A stretch of DNA of 64,000 bases from Chloroflexota bacterium (GCA_965221905.1 OZ244922.1:672001-736000), one strand, 5' to 3'. Shown: positions 28,439 to 38,319, numbered from the stretch's first letter. Translations and numbers: made by a program. The notes: generated by a model from the sequence alone, not told the origin.

Positions 28439-29544
28439 CTGGTCCGCTTACTGCAGGCGGCGTAGACTGCTACGGTCTTTGCTACCATGGCGGCCGCACT
28501 GAAGTGCGCGTGTACACGAGCATGCCCGGCTTTACCCATCTGCCGAGCCCGCGCGGGGTCTCGGATAAGCTCCAGCAACGCGCCGGCCAAGGCGGCGGGA
28601 TCGTCGGGCGGGACGAGTAGCCCGGTTACGTTGTCTTCCACCACCTCGGGAATCGCGCTCACGCGTGTTGCCACGACCGGCTTTGCCGCAGCCATGGCTT
28701 CCAAGAAGACCAGGCCGAATCCCTCCCAACGCGAGGCGAGCACAAAGCCGTCGGCTTGGGCGAGAAGGCGGTCGACATCGTGGCGGACGCCAAGAAACCT
28801 GACGTTTTCCGTGACTCCGAGCTCCGCGCTTAGGCTATGCAACGACGAGCGATAGTCTTCTCCACCGTGTTGGGTATCGCCCGCAATCCACAGGGTAAAT
28901 CGGGGTTCCTCCTGCAGTACGCGGGCCGCGGCGTGAAGCAGGGCTTCATGACCCTTTTGGGGATCGAGCCGTCCGATGCTGATGAAATGTGGCTTGGACT
29001 CTGCCTCAATAGAGTCTTGTAGATCTGGAGGTGCATTCTGGGGCCAGACAATGCCATAAGGGATATGCACGATGCTCGTGGCGGGCACGCGGCCGTGAGC
29101 GCGCATGAATGTTCCGACGTGCTCCGAAATGACGACAATGCGGGAGTTTAGACGTGAGATCAGGCCGTGGACAACGCCAATTGCCGGATTCAGGAGCACA
29201 CGTTCGTCATTGTGCTTGGTACTGACAACAGGTACAGAAGCAAGCATGCCCGCCACTGCTCCCATGGCATCAGCCTTGAGGAGGTGAGTGTGGATAATCG
29301 CAAAGTTGCCCTCTTTGATGATGCGCAGCAGTTGCCAGAGGGCATGCGGTAGAGACGCTTTACCTAGCGGCACCTGGCGCACAGTCCCCACGAGTGGCGC
29401 GAGTTCCGGCCGCATCGCAGGGTCTTTGAAGAAGACGACGTCGCTTTCCCAGCCGTGCGCCGCGAGGCCCGTAACCAGGGTTTTCAGGTGATTCTGTGTG
29501 CCTCCAACCGCAAGCGAAGTGACAATGTGAAGAACCTTAGGCAT
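28417..29544 (-). CDS. Glycosyltransferase family 4
   Basis: MPKVLHIVTSLAVGG, GRLDPQKG, SRWEGFGLVFLEAMA. Confidence 0.9.
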   Translation of the reverse strand: MPKVLHIVTSLAVGGTQNHLKTLVTGLAAHGWESDVVFFKDPAMRPELAPLVGTVRQVPLGKASLPHALWQLLRIIKEGNFAIIHTHLLKADAMGAVAGMLASVPVVSTKHNDERVLLNPAIGVVHGLISRLNSRIVVISEHVGTFMRAHGRVPATSIVHIPYGIVWPQNAPPDLQDSIEAESKPHFISIGRLDPQKGHEALLHAAARVLQEEPRFTLWIAGDTQHGGEDYRSSLHSLSAELGVTENVRFLGVRHDVDRLLAQADGFVLASRWEGFGLVFLEAMAAAKPVVATRVSAIPEVVEDNVTGLLVPPDDPAALAGALLELIRDPARARQMGKAGHARVHAHFSAAAMVAKTVAVYAACSKRTSTSDGPG

Positions 29545-29702
29545 AGGCTGTATTGTAGCGTTAAGCGCCGGAGATGGGCCGTCTGTATGGCCACACCTCG
29601 CTGTCCGCAAGGACTTGAAAGAATTCCGCTTTCCGCCAGCAGGTTGCAACGCCCATGGGTGCTCGCCCTGAGAAGCGGCGACTGTGCGAGTCTTGGATTA
29701 AA

Positions 29703-29740
29703 ACCGACACCGGCCCTTGGGGGAAAGGGCCGGTGTGGGG
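29703..29740 (-). terminator. Strong hairpin / probable intrinsic terminator
   Basis: Minus strand ACACCGGCCCTT-TCCCCC-AAGGGCCGGTGT-CGGTTTT. Confidence 0.6.
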
Positions 29741-29905
29741 TGGTGCGAACAGGAGGAGTATTCAGGAAGAAAGCAGAATCAACAATCCGAGTTGCTGAGA
29801 ATTAATGGGAATCCGTAGATGCCGCCATACGTTAGTTCATAGGCAAACAGGCGGCGTGGAAGTGCCGCAATAAGACGGGAAGAAGTGGGAATGCGGTCTG
29901 TTAAC

Positions 29906-29944
29906 AAAAAAAGAGCTTCCTTGGCTTTACCAGCCAAAAGCTCT
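29906..29944 (-). terminator. Riboswitch expression-platform terminator
   Basis: Minus strand AGAGCTTTTGGC...GCCAAGGAAGCTCT followed by a U-tract, directly 3' of the aptamer. Confidence 0.75.
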
Positions 29945-29950
29945 CTCTAT

Positions 29951-30056
29951 CGCCTACGAGGTTAGCTGTCGGGTTAGGGTGGAAAGAGTCACCCTCCGCA
30001 CGACGGCGGTTCACCCCAAAAGTGCCGGGTCCCCCGCTCCGATATCGGACTTGGCG
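29951..30056 (-). ncRNA. Cyclic di-AMP (ydaO/yuaA) riboswitch
   Basis: Minus strand CGCC...GGAGCGGGGGACCC...TTTTGGGGTGAA...AGGGTGACTCTTTC-CACCCTAACCCGACAGCTAACCTCGTAGGCG matches the ydaO-yuaA consensus, with a closing CGCC/GGCG stem. Confidence 0.9.
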
Positions 30057-30074
30057 CATTTCTTCAGTAACTAC

Positions 30075-30103
30075 AGGATACCATCGTTTTCGCATGAATG
30101 CAA
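30075..30103 (-). promoter_or_regulatory. Putative sigma70 promoter for the riboswitch transcript
   Basis: TTGCAT-17 nt-TATCCT with an extended -10 TG, about 20 nt upstream of the aptamer. Confidence 0.6.
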
Positions 30104-30221
30104 GGGCGAAATAGCGTAGTCGAGCCCAATAATTCAGATTTAATTCGCTTCGTAACGGTATCCAAGGCAAGAACGTGGGAATCTGCGTGCCGGTCGGGAC
30201 CCATCCGGTTCCGAAATGAGG

Positions 30222-31796
30222 CTAGCTGTCAAGATAGACCTGGCTTAGCCATGGTCGGGCGGTGGCTGAGAGTTGAACATCCCCCAGCCAAGGCTTGACG
30301 AGCAAGTAAGACTTGCTGTGCCACAAGGGGGTGACCGGTGCATCTGTTGCCACACGCTGCTCGATAGTAGAAATAGTTGCCAGTCGCCGGTCCCTGTTGC
30401 GCTCGCCACGTGCTTCCAGCAGGAGCGAGTCCACTTCTTGGCTGACGTAGCCGCTATAGTTCGACAAGCTGTTTGAACGGAAGAGCGGATCAAGCACAGC
30501 TATCGGGTCCGGAAAGTCGGCATGCCATGTGAAGAGAAAGAGCTGGTATGGATTATCTCGCCTGTCAAGATTGCTGACAAAGGTAGTCCAGGGCTCGCGC
30601 TGGATCCGAATGCGCGCGCCGAGATGTTGTTGAAACATGTTGGTCAGCGCTAAGACCTGCGGCGGCGCGGGACCGCGCGTGCCCGGCACGGTAAACGTAA
30701 TCTCCGGCAAATTGCCTACGTCGCCGTATCGAGAGTCAGCCAGGGCTTGTCGTGCCTTGGAGACATCGAAAGCTGCCGATGAACTCTCGCCGGATTGCGC
30801 CAGTGAAGGCAGGAGCAGCGAGTCGGCCTTGCCCACGGTTAGAGAGAATATCTGCTCGACGATGGCGGCACGATCGATAGCCATGGCGAAGGCTTGGCGC
30901 ACCCTCTCGTCATCGAAAGGCGGGATGCGGTTGTTCATAGCAAGATACGTCATGTCGAGGCCGTCGTAGACATTCAGGTCCTTATTCAGCGGATTGTTCC
31001 TATCGAGAACCAGCGGTATGTCGTTTGCGCCTACATAGAGAATGTCAAGCGTATCTTGCGCATACCGATCGAGCGAATCCGCATCGACGCCACCAGTGAT
31101 TTCTATGCGATCGAGCATCGGTTCGAAGCCATAGAAGTCTTCATTTCGGGCGAGGGTGAGCACTTTGCCGGGGACCCAGTCGACTACGGCAAATGGGCCG
31201 CTGCCCACCGGCGGAGCTGCTCCCACGATCCCTCCAGGTGGCTGGACATAGGTTAGGGGATGGGTCAGTCTTACCGCAAATGCAAGATCGGTTTCAGAAA
31301 GCTCGACCTCAAGGCTACGTGCATCGGTGGCGCGGATGCCGCTGATGTCTCTCGTTAGTCCGTTGCGGTAGGGGGATACGCCTGATATCTTGCCGAGAAG
31401 CCGGAGCGCCGCCGGCGATTCGATCTGTGGGTCGAGCACACGCTGCCACGTCTCCTTGAGGATTTCTGCCGTGAGCTTCTCTCCGTCATGAAAGCGAACG
31501 TCCGACCGCAAGGGAAATTGGTAGGTTCGACCGTCCGGAGAGATTGACCAACGCTGCGCTATGTCTGGAATTGGCTCGCCTTCAGCATTGAGCGTTACGA
31601 GACCGCTGTACATGTTCACGGCCAACTGCGCGTCCAGGTCGTTCTGCAGTGCCGACGGGTCGAGATCGTCAGGCAACGGCATTTGAATTCGCACAGTCCC
31701 GCCGGACCGATCGTCGCCGCAGGCCGCGAGCAACGGCATCAGCATTCCCATGAGAACGCCTGAAAATGCGCCTGCAAATAGGGTGCGGCGTTGCAC
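30222..31796 (-). CDS. ABC transporter substrate-binding lipoprotein, family 5 (OppA/DppA-like)
   Basis: MQRRTLF...LLAAC signal, ISPDGRTYQFPLRSDVRFHDG, GSGPF, PFDDERVRQAFAMAIDR. Confidence 0.9.
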   Translation of the reverse strand: MQRRTLFAGAFSGVLMGMLMPLLAACGDDRSGGTVRIQMPLPDDLDPSALQNDLDAQLAVNMYSGLVTLNAEGEPIPDIAQRWSISPDGRTYQFPLRSDVRFHDGEKLTAEILKETWQRVLDPQIESPAALRLLGKISGVSPYRNGLTRDISGIRATDARSLEVELSETDLAFAVRLTHPLTYVQPPGGIVGAAPPVGSGPFAVVDWVPGKVLTLARNEDFYGFEPMLDRIEITGGVDADSLDRYAQDTLDILYVGANDIPLVLDRNNPLNKDLNVYDGLDMTYLAMNNRIPPFDDERVRQAFAMAIDRAAIVEQIFSLTVGKADSLLLPSLAQSGESSSAAFDVSKARQALADSRYGDVGNLPEITFTVPGTRGPAPPQVLALTNMFQQHLGARIRIQREPWTTFVSNLDRRDNPYQLFLFTWHADFPDPIAVLDPLFRSNSLSNYSGYVSQEVDSLLLEARGERNRDRRLATISTIEQRVATDAPVTPLWHSKSYLLVKPWLGDVQLSATARPWLSQVYLDS

Positions 31797-32238
31797 TAGT
31801 CGCTACTCCCCGTGCGTGTGTGCGTGGCCCGCCAAAACTCAGCTTGGCAGAAAGGCGCCAAAGGCGGCTCTCTTTCAGGGTGCATGCTTGTATGCGGCCA
31901 ACTGCTTTGCATGGTGTTTTCCCACTGAGAAGACGAGAACCTTCGTGTCACTCTCCTGCAAGAATGCCGTACCACACTTAAGACGAGATGAGACGAGGCG
32001 AGGCAGATGCCATTTCATGCCGGCTGGAACGATGCAAGCACAACGTACTGGTTCTGCACCGGATCCTGTTGCATGCCGGCTCATCATAGAACGAGGCAAA
32101 GCCATTGTTAGAGGTCTGCCTTCTCGTAAGCGGAGGAATGCGTGGAGATTCTCCAACCTCTTTTCACAAGAGCGCGGTCATTGCTCCTCTCGTATAATAT
32201 GCGTTGAGAACCCATACTGTCGAGAGGAGAGATTGTTA

Positions 32239-33180
32239 ATGCTCTATCGGACGTTGGGACGTACGGGTCTGCGGGTATCGTTGCTTGGCATTGGCACCGG
32301 CGGGCCGAGCAACTTTGGACAGAGTACAGGCGTGCCGGAGGCAGATATTCATCGTCTCGTAAAGCGGGCGCTCGACGTTGGGGTGAATATCTTCGATACC
32401 GCCGCTGGGTACCGCGATAGTGAAGCCATCCTGGGACGGGCACTTAAGGGTGTGTCCCGCGACCGCTACTACTTGGCTACGAAATTCACCCCCGAGCACG
32501 AAGAGGAAGTCGTTAAGCCGGAGGACATGGTGGCTTCGGTAGAGCGCAGCCTCACCCGCTTGCGCACGGATGCTGTCGAGGTATTGCAATTCCATGGCGT
32601 GCGTCCGCAGCGGTATCGAGCCGTGATGGAGCGGCTACTGCCCACGGTGTTGAAGTTGCGGGACCAAGGCAAGTGCCGTTGGATCGGCATCACTGAGCAA
32701 TACGGTGAAGACGGGGGGCACGAAACGCTGCAGATGGCGCTGGAGGACGACTACTTCGCTACCGCAATGGTGGGCTACAACATGCTCAATCAAAGCGCCG
32801 ACCGCTTGGTGTACCCCCAATGTCTGGAGCACAACGTTGGGGTCTTCATCATGTTCGCTGTGCGGCGCGTGCTCGCCTCGCCCGCGCGTCTCGAGCAGAC
32901 AATCGCCGATCTAAAGCAGCGGGGTCTCGTGGCGCCGGATGCAGTACCGGATCGGCAGTCTCTTGATTGGCTGATTCATGGCAATGTGGATTCCATAGCG
33001 AGCGCTGCGTACAAATTCACCGCTATGCATCCTGCTGTTAGTACTGTGTTGAGCGGTACCGCCAATCCGGAGCACTTCGAGAGCAACCTGCGCGCGCTTG
33101 AAGATCCCGTGATGCCGGAAGCCGACTACGCGCGCCTGCAGGAGCTCTTCGGGCACATCACCGATCCTATTGGGAATTAG
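32239..33180 (+). CDS. Aldo/keto reductase
   Basis: YRTLGRTGLRVS, FDTAAGY, SEAILG, LATK, SLTRLRTD; GAGGAG before ATG 32239. Confidence 0.9.
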   Translation: MLYRTLGRTGLRVSLLGIGTGGPSNFGQSTGVPEADIHRLVKRALDVGVNIFDTAAGYRDSEAILGRALKGVSRDRYYLATKFTPEHEEEVVKPEDMVASVERSLTRLRTDAVEVLQFHGVRPQRYRAVMERLLPTVLKLRDQGKCRWIGITEQYGEDGGHETLQMALEDDYFATAMVGYNMLNQSADRLVYPQCLEHNVGVFIMFAVRRVLASPARLEQTIADLKQRGLVAPDAVPDRQSLDWLIHGNVDSIASAAYKFTAMHPAVSTVLSGTANPEHFESNLRALEDPVMPEADYARLQELFGHITDPIGN

Positions 33181-33214
33181 CCTCGAGCCGGCGAAGATAG
33201 TTGGCTGTGGCGGA

Positions 33215-34186
33215 TTACTCCCAGCGACCGAAGTGCGGGAGCTGCCTCGTCAGGGCGAGCAGCGGACGAACCAATCTTGGTAGATGGGGCACGACCGGAG
33301 CATCCGTGCGGCCCGTGTCTTCTGCCCGATGCAGGTCTTTATAGAGCATGTAGGCGGCGGGCATGAGGAGCGGTCGAATGAGCTGAATGGCGGCCCACGT
33401 GAGGTCGGGCAAGGCGATCAGAAATAGTGCCTGTTGCGCAGACGGAAGCGCGAGGAGCAACCCGCCTGCCACGAGTCCCAGCGGGAGCGCGATCGGTGCG
33501 CTTGCAAGCACGAGCGTGCCCAGACAGACCCAGAAGGAGCGGCCGCTCAGACGCCACGACTCGATGGTGGCAACTGTTCCCGGCAGATCGCCGTGCACGG
33601 CAAGGAAGGGCGCCAGCAAAGTGCGTGTGTGAATGGCAAGCGCAACACCGCCCGTGGCAACCCACCAGATACCGTCTGCAAACGGCTGGATACTTTCGCC
33701 AAGCGGGACCACGTCTTGCTGTCTGGCATGGAGCCAGACCAGGACGCTGAACGGTATCCAGAAGATGAGGCTTGTATGGGCATTGGTCCAAAGGTAGCGA
33801 AACACCCATTGCAACGCCAGTCGGCTTGCTTGCACGACACCGATCTCGCGTCCCTGCGCGTGGTATGCCACCATCACCATGACAGTGAGCGCCCCAAGCA
33901 CGACCGTAATGGAGCGCAGGACATAACGCAACGCATGCTCCCACAAATTCGGCTCAGGGATAAGCAGGGCCAACAGTGCGACGAGCAGCGACGGCAAGAC
34001 GTAGATTGCTGTGAGCAGCCCGTACGTGTTTCGGTGGCGATTCACGAGAGACAGACCGCGTGAGACGTAGCGCCATGCAGGGCTCGAATAAGCGAGAAAT
34101 GTACTCAACGCACCGTAATCCTCACGTGTCTTAGAAGCTCGATTCCCCTGAGAAAAGGGTAGCATAGGTCTGGTGGGTGCGGGCAC
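33215..34186 (-). CDS. Hypothetical integral membrane protein
   Basis: About 6 hydrophobic segments with a 'SWRLSGRSFW' pattern; start uncertain. Confidence 0.6.
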   Translation of the reverse strand: MPAPTRPMLPFSQGNRASKTREDYGALSTFLAYSSPAWRYVSRGLSLVNRHRNTYGLLTAIYVLPSLLVALLALLIPEPNLWEHALRYVLRSITVVLGALTVMVMVAYHAQGREIGVVQASRLALQWVFRYLWTNAHTSLIFWIPFSVLVWLHARQQDVVPLGESIQPFADGIWWVATGGVALAIHTRTLLAPFLAVHGDLPGTVATIESWRLSGRSFWVCLGTLVLASAPIALPLGLVAGGLLLALPSAQQALFLIALPDLTWAAIQLIRPLLMPAAYMLYKDLHRAEDTGRTDAPVVPHLPRLVRPLLALTRQLPHFGRWE

Positions 34187-34294
34187 GTGTACCTAGGGTC
34201 GTGGCGTGTATTGCGCGAGTTGCATTAGACGCCTAGGCAGGCCCTTGTAACCGTGATGAAGATCCCCTGCTTGCGAAGAGCAGAGGTGTAGACC

Positions 34295-35155
34295 TTAGGT
34301 CGGTTCATCAATCTTGTTTATGCGATCTATGATCTCCGAAAGGCGTGACCAACTCTGAAGCGTCACGGGCAGGACTAAGGCGGATTCAACGAACTCCCAA
34401 GAGTAGCTGATGATGGAAAAGATCCTGCCGACGGTGATCTCCAAGTTCGTCGTCGCGAACCAAAGATTGAAGACGATCAGGCCAAGCATCAGTGTGTAGA
34501 TCGCGCCGTAGACAAAGGCTTCCGTGTCCGACAGTCTGATCCCAATTCGGCGTAGCATATTCAGATGGGACAGAATGCCTGCTGGATGTGCTGACTCTAG
34601 AATGCGGACTTGCTGTTCCGTCTGCTGGTTATACTCGGCGTTCAGTCGATAGAAGCGTCGGTGGGAAACGGCATAGAATACGATCATCAGGACGGTTGCC
34701 GCGCACGTGGCTGCAAACAAGACGGGATGAAAGGCAAAAAGCACGATCAGCGCAATGATCATCTGGACCGCGGAGGCCATCACTGCGGGAGCTTCCTGCT
34801 CTAGGAAGTCGACCAATTCTCGGCTCATCCCCAATCTGGCATTCAGTGTCGAAACCGACACGCCGGCCGAGCGGTCGGTCAGGGCCTTGCCAAGCTCGAC
34901 CCCGACAGTGCCGTAGACACGCGTATCATAGAGGCGGCGGATGACGCTCACGGCGATTAGCACTGCCAAGACTGCGGCGAGTTGCAGGAGTGCGGTCGTG
35001 TCGCCGGCCAGAAGTCCGTCTATGGCAAATCCGATCAGCAGCGGGATAAGCGCTGTCAGCGCTGTCTCGCAGAGCATGAGAAACCAGGTTAAGCTGATCG
35101 GGCGTAGAAACGTCCTGAACAGCACGGCGATCGTGAGCGGTTGGTCTTTCAGCAA
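34295..35155 (-). CDS. ABC transporter six-transmembrane-domain protein (no NBD)
   Basis: PLLIGFAIDGLL, RRLYDTRVY, SRELVDFLE, RLSDTEA pattern of stand-alone ABC 6-TM proteins. Confidence 0.7.
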   Translation of the reverse strand: MLKDQPLTIAVLFRTFLRPISLTWFLMLCETALTALIPLLIGFAIDGLLAGDTTALLQLAAVLAVLIAVSVIRRLYDTRVYGTVGVELGKALTDRSAGVSVSTLNARLGMSRELVDFLEQEAPAVMASAVQMIIALIVLFAFHPVLFAATCAATVLMIVFYAVSHRRFYRLNAEYNQQTEQQVRILESAHPAGILSHLNMLRRIGIRLSDTEAFVYGAIYTLMLGLIVFNLWFATTNLEITVGRIFSIISYSWEFVESALVLPVTLQSWSRLSEIIDRINKIDEPT

Positions 35156-35433
35156 GAGTCTGATTCCGAGTTTGGCGTTGCTGAAGGGTGAATACTCAAG
35201 CTCTCACTTTGACGAGGCTAAATACCGCGCTTGAGCTCGCGATTATCGCTGGGTTCCTTCATGCTAGCAGCATTGTAAGTGCAGTGCCTGTGGGCGTCAG
35301 GCCTTGCGGGCAATGGCGTATGGAAAGGGTATGGTATCGTGAAGCCGTTGCAGGTCGATTATCAAGTTGGTAAGGAAGGGGAGAGAACTCGCGCCGATGT
35401 GCCGCCCCTGCGAGAGGATGGGTTACGCGATCG

Positions 35434-36720
35434 ATGACGAAGACCGGCCTTCCCAATAAAGAGGTAAAAGCGCCAACGGTACCGGAGAGTCGGCCGCGTA
35501 TGCGCCCCTGTGTGGTAGTGCACTATCACGAAGTGGGTTTGAAGGGCCGCAATCGGCCTTTCTTCTTGAGTACGCTCGAACAGAACCTCCACCGTGCAAC
35601 CGCTGGGTTGGGCGTGAAGCAAGTAGAGCGCGCCAGCGGACGCATCTTGCTCTGGCTGGAGCCGGATGCGCCCTGGGAACTCTTGAGCGAGCGCATCGCG
35701 CGCGTCTTTGGTGTGGTGAATTTCGCGCGTGGGTACGCAGTGAGACCGGCGCTCGATACCCTGATACAGGGAGTACTGTCACGGTTGCCGGAGGCGGGCA
35801 ATTTCGCCACCTTTGCCGTGCGCGCGCGGCGGGCATTCAAGGACTTGCCGCTTTCTTCACGCGAGATCGCCGTAGCCTTGGGCGCGGCCGTTCAAAAAAC
35901 GAGCGGCGCCGGCGTAAATCTCAACGCGCCGGACATGACGATCTATGTAGAGGTGCTGCCGCAATTTGCGCTGTTCTTCTTTGATAAGGTACGCGGCCCC
36001 GGCGGTCTGCCGGTGGGTAGCAGCGCGCCGGTCACCGTACTGCTCTCCGGCGGCATTGATTCGCCGGTGGCCGCTTGTCGCATTATGAAACGCGGTTCCC
36101 GCGCCGTACTTGTGCACTTTCATTCGTTCCCGTACCTCAATAGTGCCTCGCAGGAGAAGGCGCGCGAGTTGGCGCAAATCATTAGCGGTTACCAGGGAGA
36201 TACTCCGCTCTACCTGGTTCCGTTGGGCGAGATTCAGCGCCAGATCGTGGTCGCATGCCCCGCGCCCTACCGTGTCGTGCTCTACCGCCGCTTCATGGTG
36301 CGCATTGCCGAGGAATTGGGAAAGAGGCACGGCGCGCAAGCGCTCGTAACCGGTGATAGCCTGGGTCAGGTGGCGTCGCAAACTATCGAGAATCTCATTG
36401 CTGTCGAAGATGCCGCCACCCAGATCATGCTGCGCCCGCTCGTTGGCATGGATAAGCAAGAGATTGCTGACGAAGCCGAGCGCATCGGCACGTATGCCAT
36501 CTCCATCCAGCCCGATCAAGACTGCTGCGCGCTCTTCGTGCCCTCCAATCCCTCTATCCACACCGATTTGAACGGCATCCGCAAAGCCGAATCGGTACTG
36601 GACGTGGATACCCTCGTGCAACAGGGCATAGCGGAGGCGGAGATGGTGGAGTACCAATTGGCCGATAGCGTGGGGCTGAGAACGGTGCCGTCTTCACAAA
36701 AGCGGGTCATGGCTCCATGA
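35434..36720 (+). CDS. thiI: tRNA 4-thiouridine synthase ThiI (THUMP + PP-loop, no rhodanese domain)
   Basis: EVGLKGRNR, GPGGLPVG, LLSGGIDSPVA, GDSLGQVASQT, DCC; start may be 35500. Confidence 0.95.
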   Translation: MTKTGLPNKEVKAPTVPESRPRMRPCVVVHYHEVGLKGRNRPFFLSTLEQNLHRATAGLGVKQVERASGRILLWLEPDAPWELLSERIARVFGVVNFARGYAVRPALDTLIQGVLSRLPEAGNFATFAVRARRAFKDLPLSSREIAVALGAAVQKTSGAGVNLNAPDMTIYVEVLPQFALFFFDKVRGPGGLPVGSSAPVTVLLSGGIDSPVAACRIMKRGSRAVLVHFHSFPYLNSASQEKARELAQIISGYQGDTPLYLVPLGEIQRQIVVACPAPYRVVLYRRFMVRIAEELGKRHGAQALVTGDSLGQVASQTIENLIAVEDAATQIMLRPLVGMDKQEIADEAERIGTYAISIQPDQDCCALFVPSNPSIHTDLNGIRKAESVLDVDTLVQQGIAEAEMVEYQLADSVGLRTVPSSQKRVMAP

Positions 36721-37822
36721 CATTCACGATACGCGGGTTTTGTAAGTGCCACCGCTGACCAACTCGTTCGAGGTCACCTTCTGCGACAACCAGTGCCCTA
36801 TCCTGATGAGCCCGGATAGCAAGGTCATAGACACTCTGATTCAGAATTGTGGTGACCGACTCAGGTTTCTCGTCAATGGAGACCCTCAGAGTTATGGCCC
36901 CAGCTATTTCACTCTCTTCACGCTTCAACCTATGTACAAATCCAAATAGGCGCTCATCCATAATCGGCGCGCGGTTTCGAAATGACCGGGCAGCTTCACT
37001 CAATATCGGAGCATCATCTTGAGCGAAGCGGAAGACTTCCAGCGGCGTCTTCTGAGGAAGCGTATAAGACCAAACCAGACTGACATCCAAAGACGGAAAC
37101 GGCTCGACTAGCTGAGCTAACGCCTCACACAGATTGGCACTTGCACCATGGTTTACAGCTTCAGTAAACGCGTCAGTGTCTCCTCCAACTGCTCTTTCGG
37201 TTGCATTCCGCGTAGCTAACAGGGCTTCGGCCAAGCGCCTTGTCACGCGCCGCTCAATTGGAACGTCATCGTAACTTGAGTCAGGTAATAGAGGTGGCTG
37301 CGTAGGTGGCGGAACTACCGGACTCAAGAGTGTAACAACAAAGCTACCTTGTTCAGTTTGTCCCAGGCGGACTCGGTCTAAGTAGTCACTGGCATCTCTG
37401 TTCGCGCCAGCACGATAGAGTGGTCGTGGATGATGTAGCGAACACGCCGCAGCCAGGAGCATGTCACGCGCGCCTCCCACAAGGTTTATCCCGTCACTCA
37501 TTGTCACGCTGCCATCATAGTCTCCAATTGCTCGCACCCGAATTACGTCGCGGTCAGCAGTAACCAGTGCTCGGTAAAGAGAAACCTCGTCTGTGTCTGC
37601 GACTCTGGCGAAAATCTCGATGAGCTTAGATGTCACACTGGCGTAGTCACCGAGGTTTTGTGTGCGTGGTAGAACAATCTCTGGCAGTCCATCAGCGGCG
37701 TACACATCGGAATGGTCGCCAAAGGTATCGGCCTTGACCCAGCCTGCACTGCGGGCATATGCCGACAACGCCACCGGTGAAACCGCAAACAGAGCATCCC
37801 TATCAAGCATGCTGGCCCTCAT
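36707..37822 (-). CDS. Uncharacterised 371-aa protein coupled to DUF4365 gene
   Basis: Long ORF with ATGA overlap to the upstream gene; GQTEQGSF motif; no function recognised. Confidence 0.75.
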   Translation of the reverse strand: MRASMLDRDALFAVSPVALSAYARSAGWVKADTFGDHSDVYAADGLPEIVLPRTQNLGDYASVTSKLIEIFARVADTDEVSLYRALVTADRDVIRVRAIGDYDGSVTMSDGINLVGGARDMLLAAACSLHHPRPLYRAGANRDASDYLDRVRLGQTEQGSFVVTLLSPVVPPPTQPPLLPDSSYDDVPIERRVTRRLAEALLATRNATERAVGGDTDAFTEAVNHGASANLCEALAQLVEPFPSLDVSLVWSYTLPQKTPLEVFRFAQDDAPILSEAARSFRNRAPIMDERLFGFVHRLKREESEIAGAITLRVSIDEKPESVTTILNQSVYDLAIRAHQDRALVVAEGDLERVGQRWHLQNPRIVNVMEP

Positions 37823-38319
37823 TGAATTCCCCCTGTCCTAGACTGCTCCATCAAGTTTTGCAGACTCTCGATGGTGAACAGGTTGTCTCCTGGAATTGAA
37901 ATAGTGACGGACGTTCGGTTGGTCGCTTCCGGCTGTCCCTTGAGATTCACCCAGAAGGCTCGGCGCCTCAGAATCAATCCATTCTCAGTGATGGACACCC
38001 ATTCGCTCTTTTCGCGCGGCAAGTCAAGTACTACGAGCAGACGGGGAGTTTGGGTTTCATCGCATAGCAAATCATAATTTCGGAGCTTCAGTGGGAAACG
38101 ATAGAGCCCATTCTGCTGGTCGCCAAGATTGATGGTTGCTTTCAACTGTATGTCGATCGCTGGGCGCATTGTCCCGCCTGCCCTGATTTGCAGATCGACG
38201 CCGTCTCTATCAAAGTTAGGCTCAGTGGTGGTATAGCCGGCTCTTGCCGCCACCGCCTCCGTATAAACACGCGATAGTGCTTCTTCCTGGTCGGAATCAG
38301 ATAGCAATGAGTCAGTCAT
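37819..38319 (-). CDS. Stand-alone DUF4365-like PD-(D/E)XK-fold protein
   Basis: QEEALS...DRDGVDLQI...IDIQLKAT...NYDLL...PRLLVV...AFWVNL, a pattern typical of DUF4365. Confidence 0.75.
   Translation of the reverse strand: MTDSLLSDSDQEEALSRVYTEAVAARAGYTTTEPNFDRDGVDLQIRAGGTMRPAIDIQLKATINLGDQQNGLYRFPLKLRNYDLLCDETQTPRLLVVLDLPREKSEWVSITENGLILRRRAFWVNLKGQPEATNRTSVTISIPGDNLFTIESLQNLMEQSRTGGIQ

Noticed and set aside
31750-32238. 163-aa N-terminal extension of the aldo/keto reductase
   Set aside because: Non-protein-like composition, overlaps the divergent promoter region, and a good RBS precedes ATG 32239.
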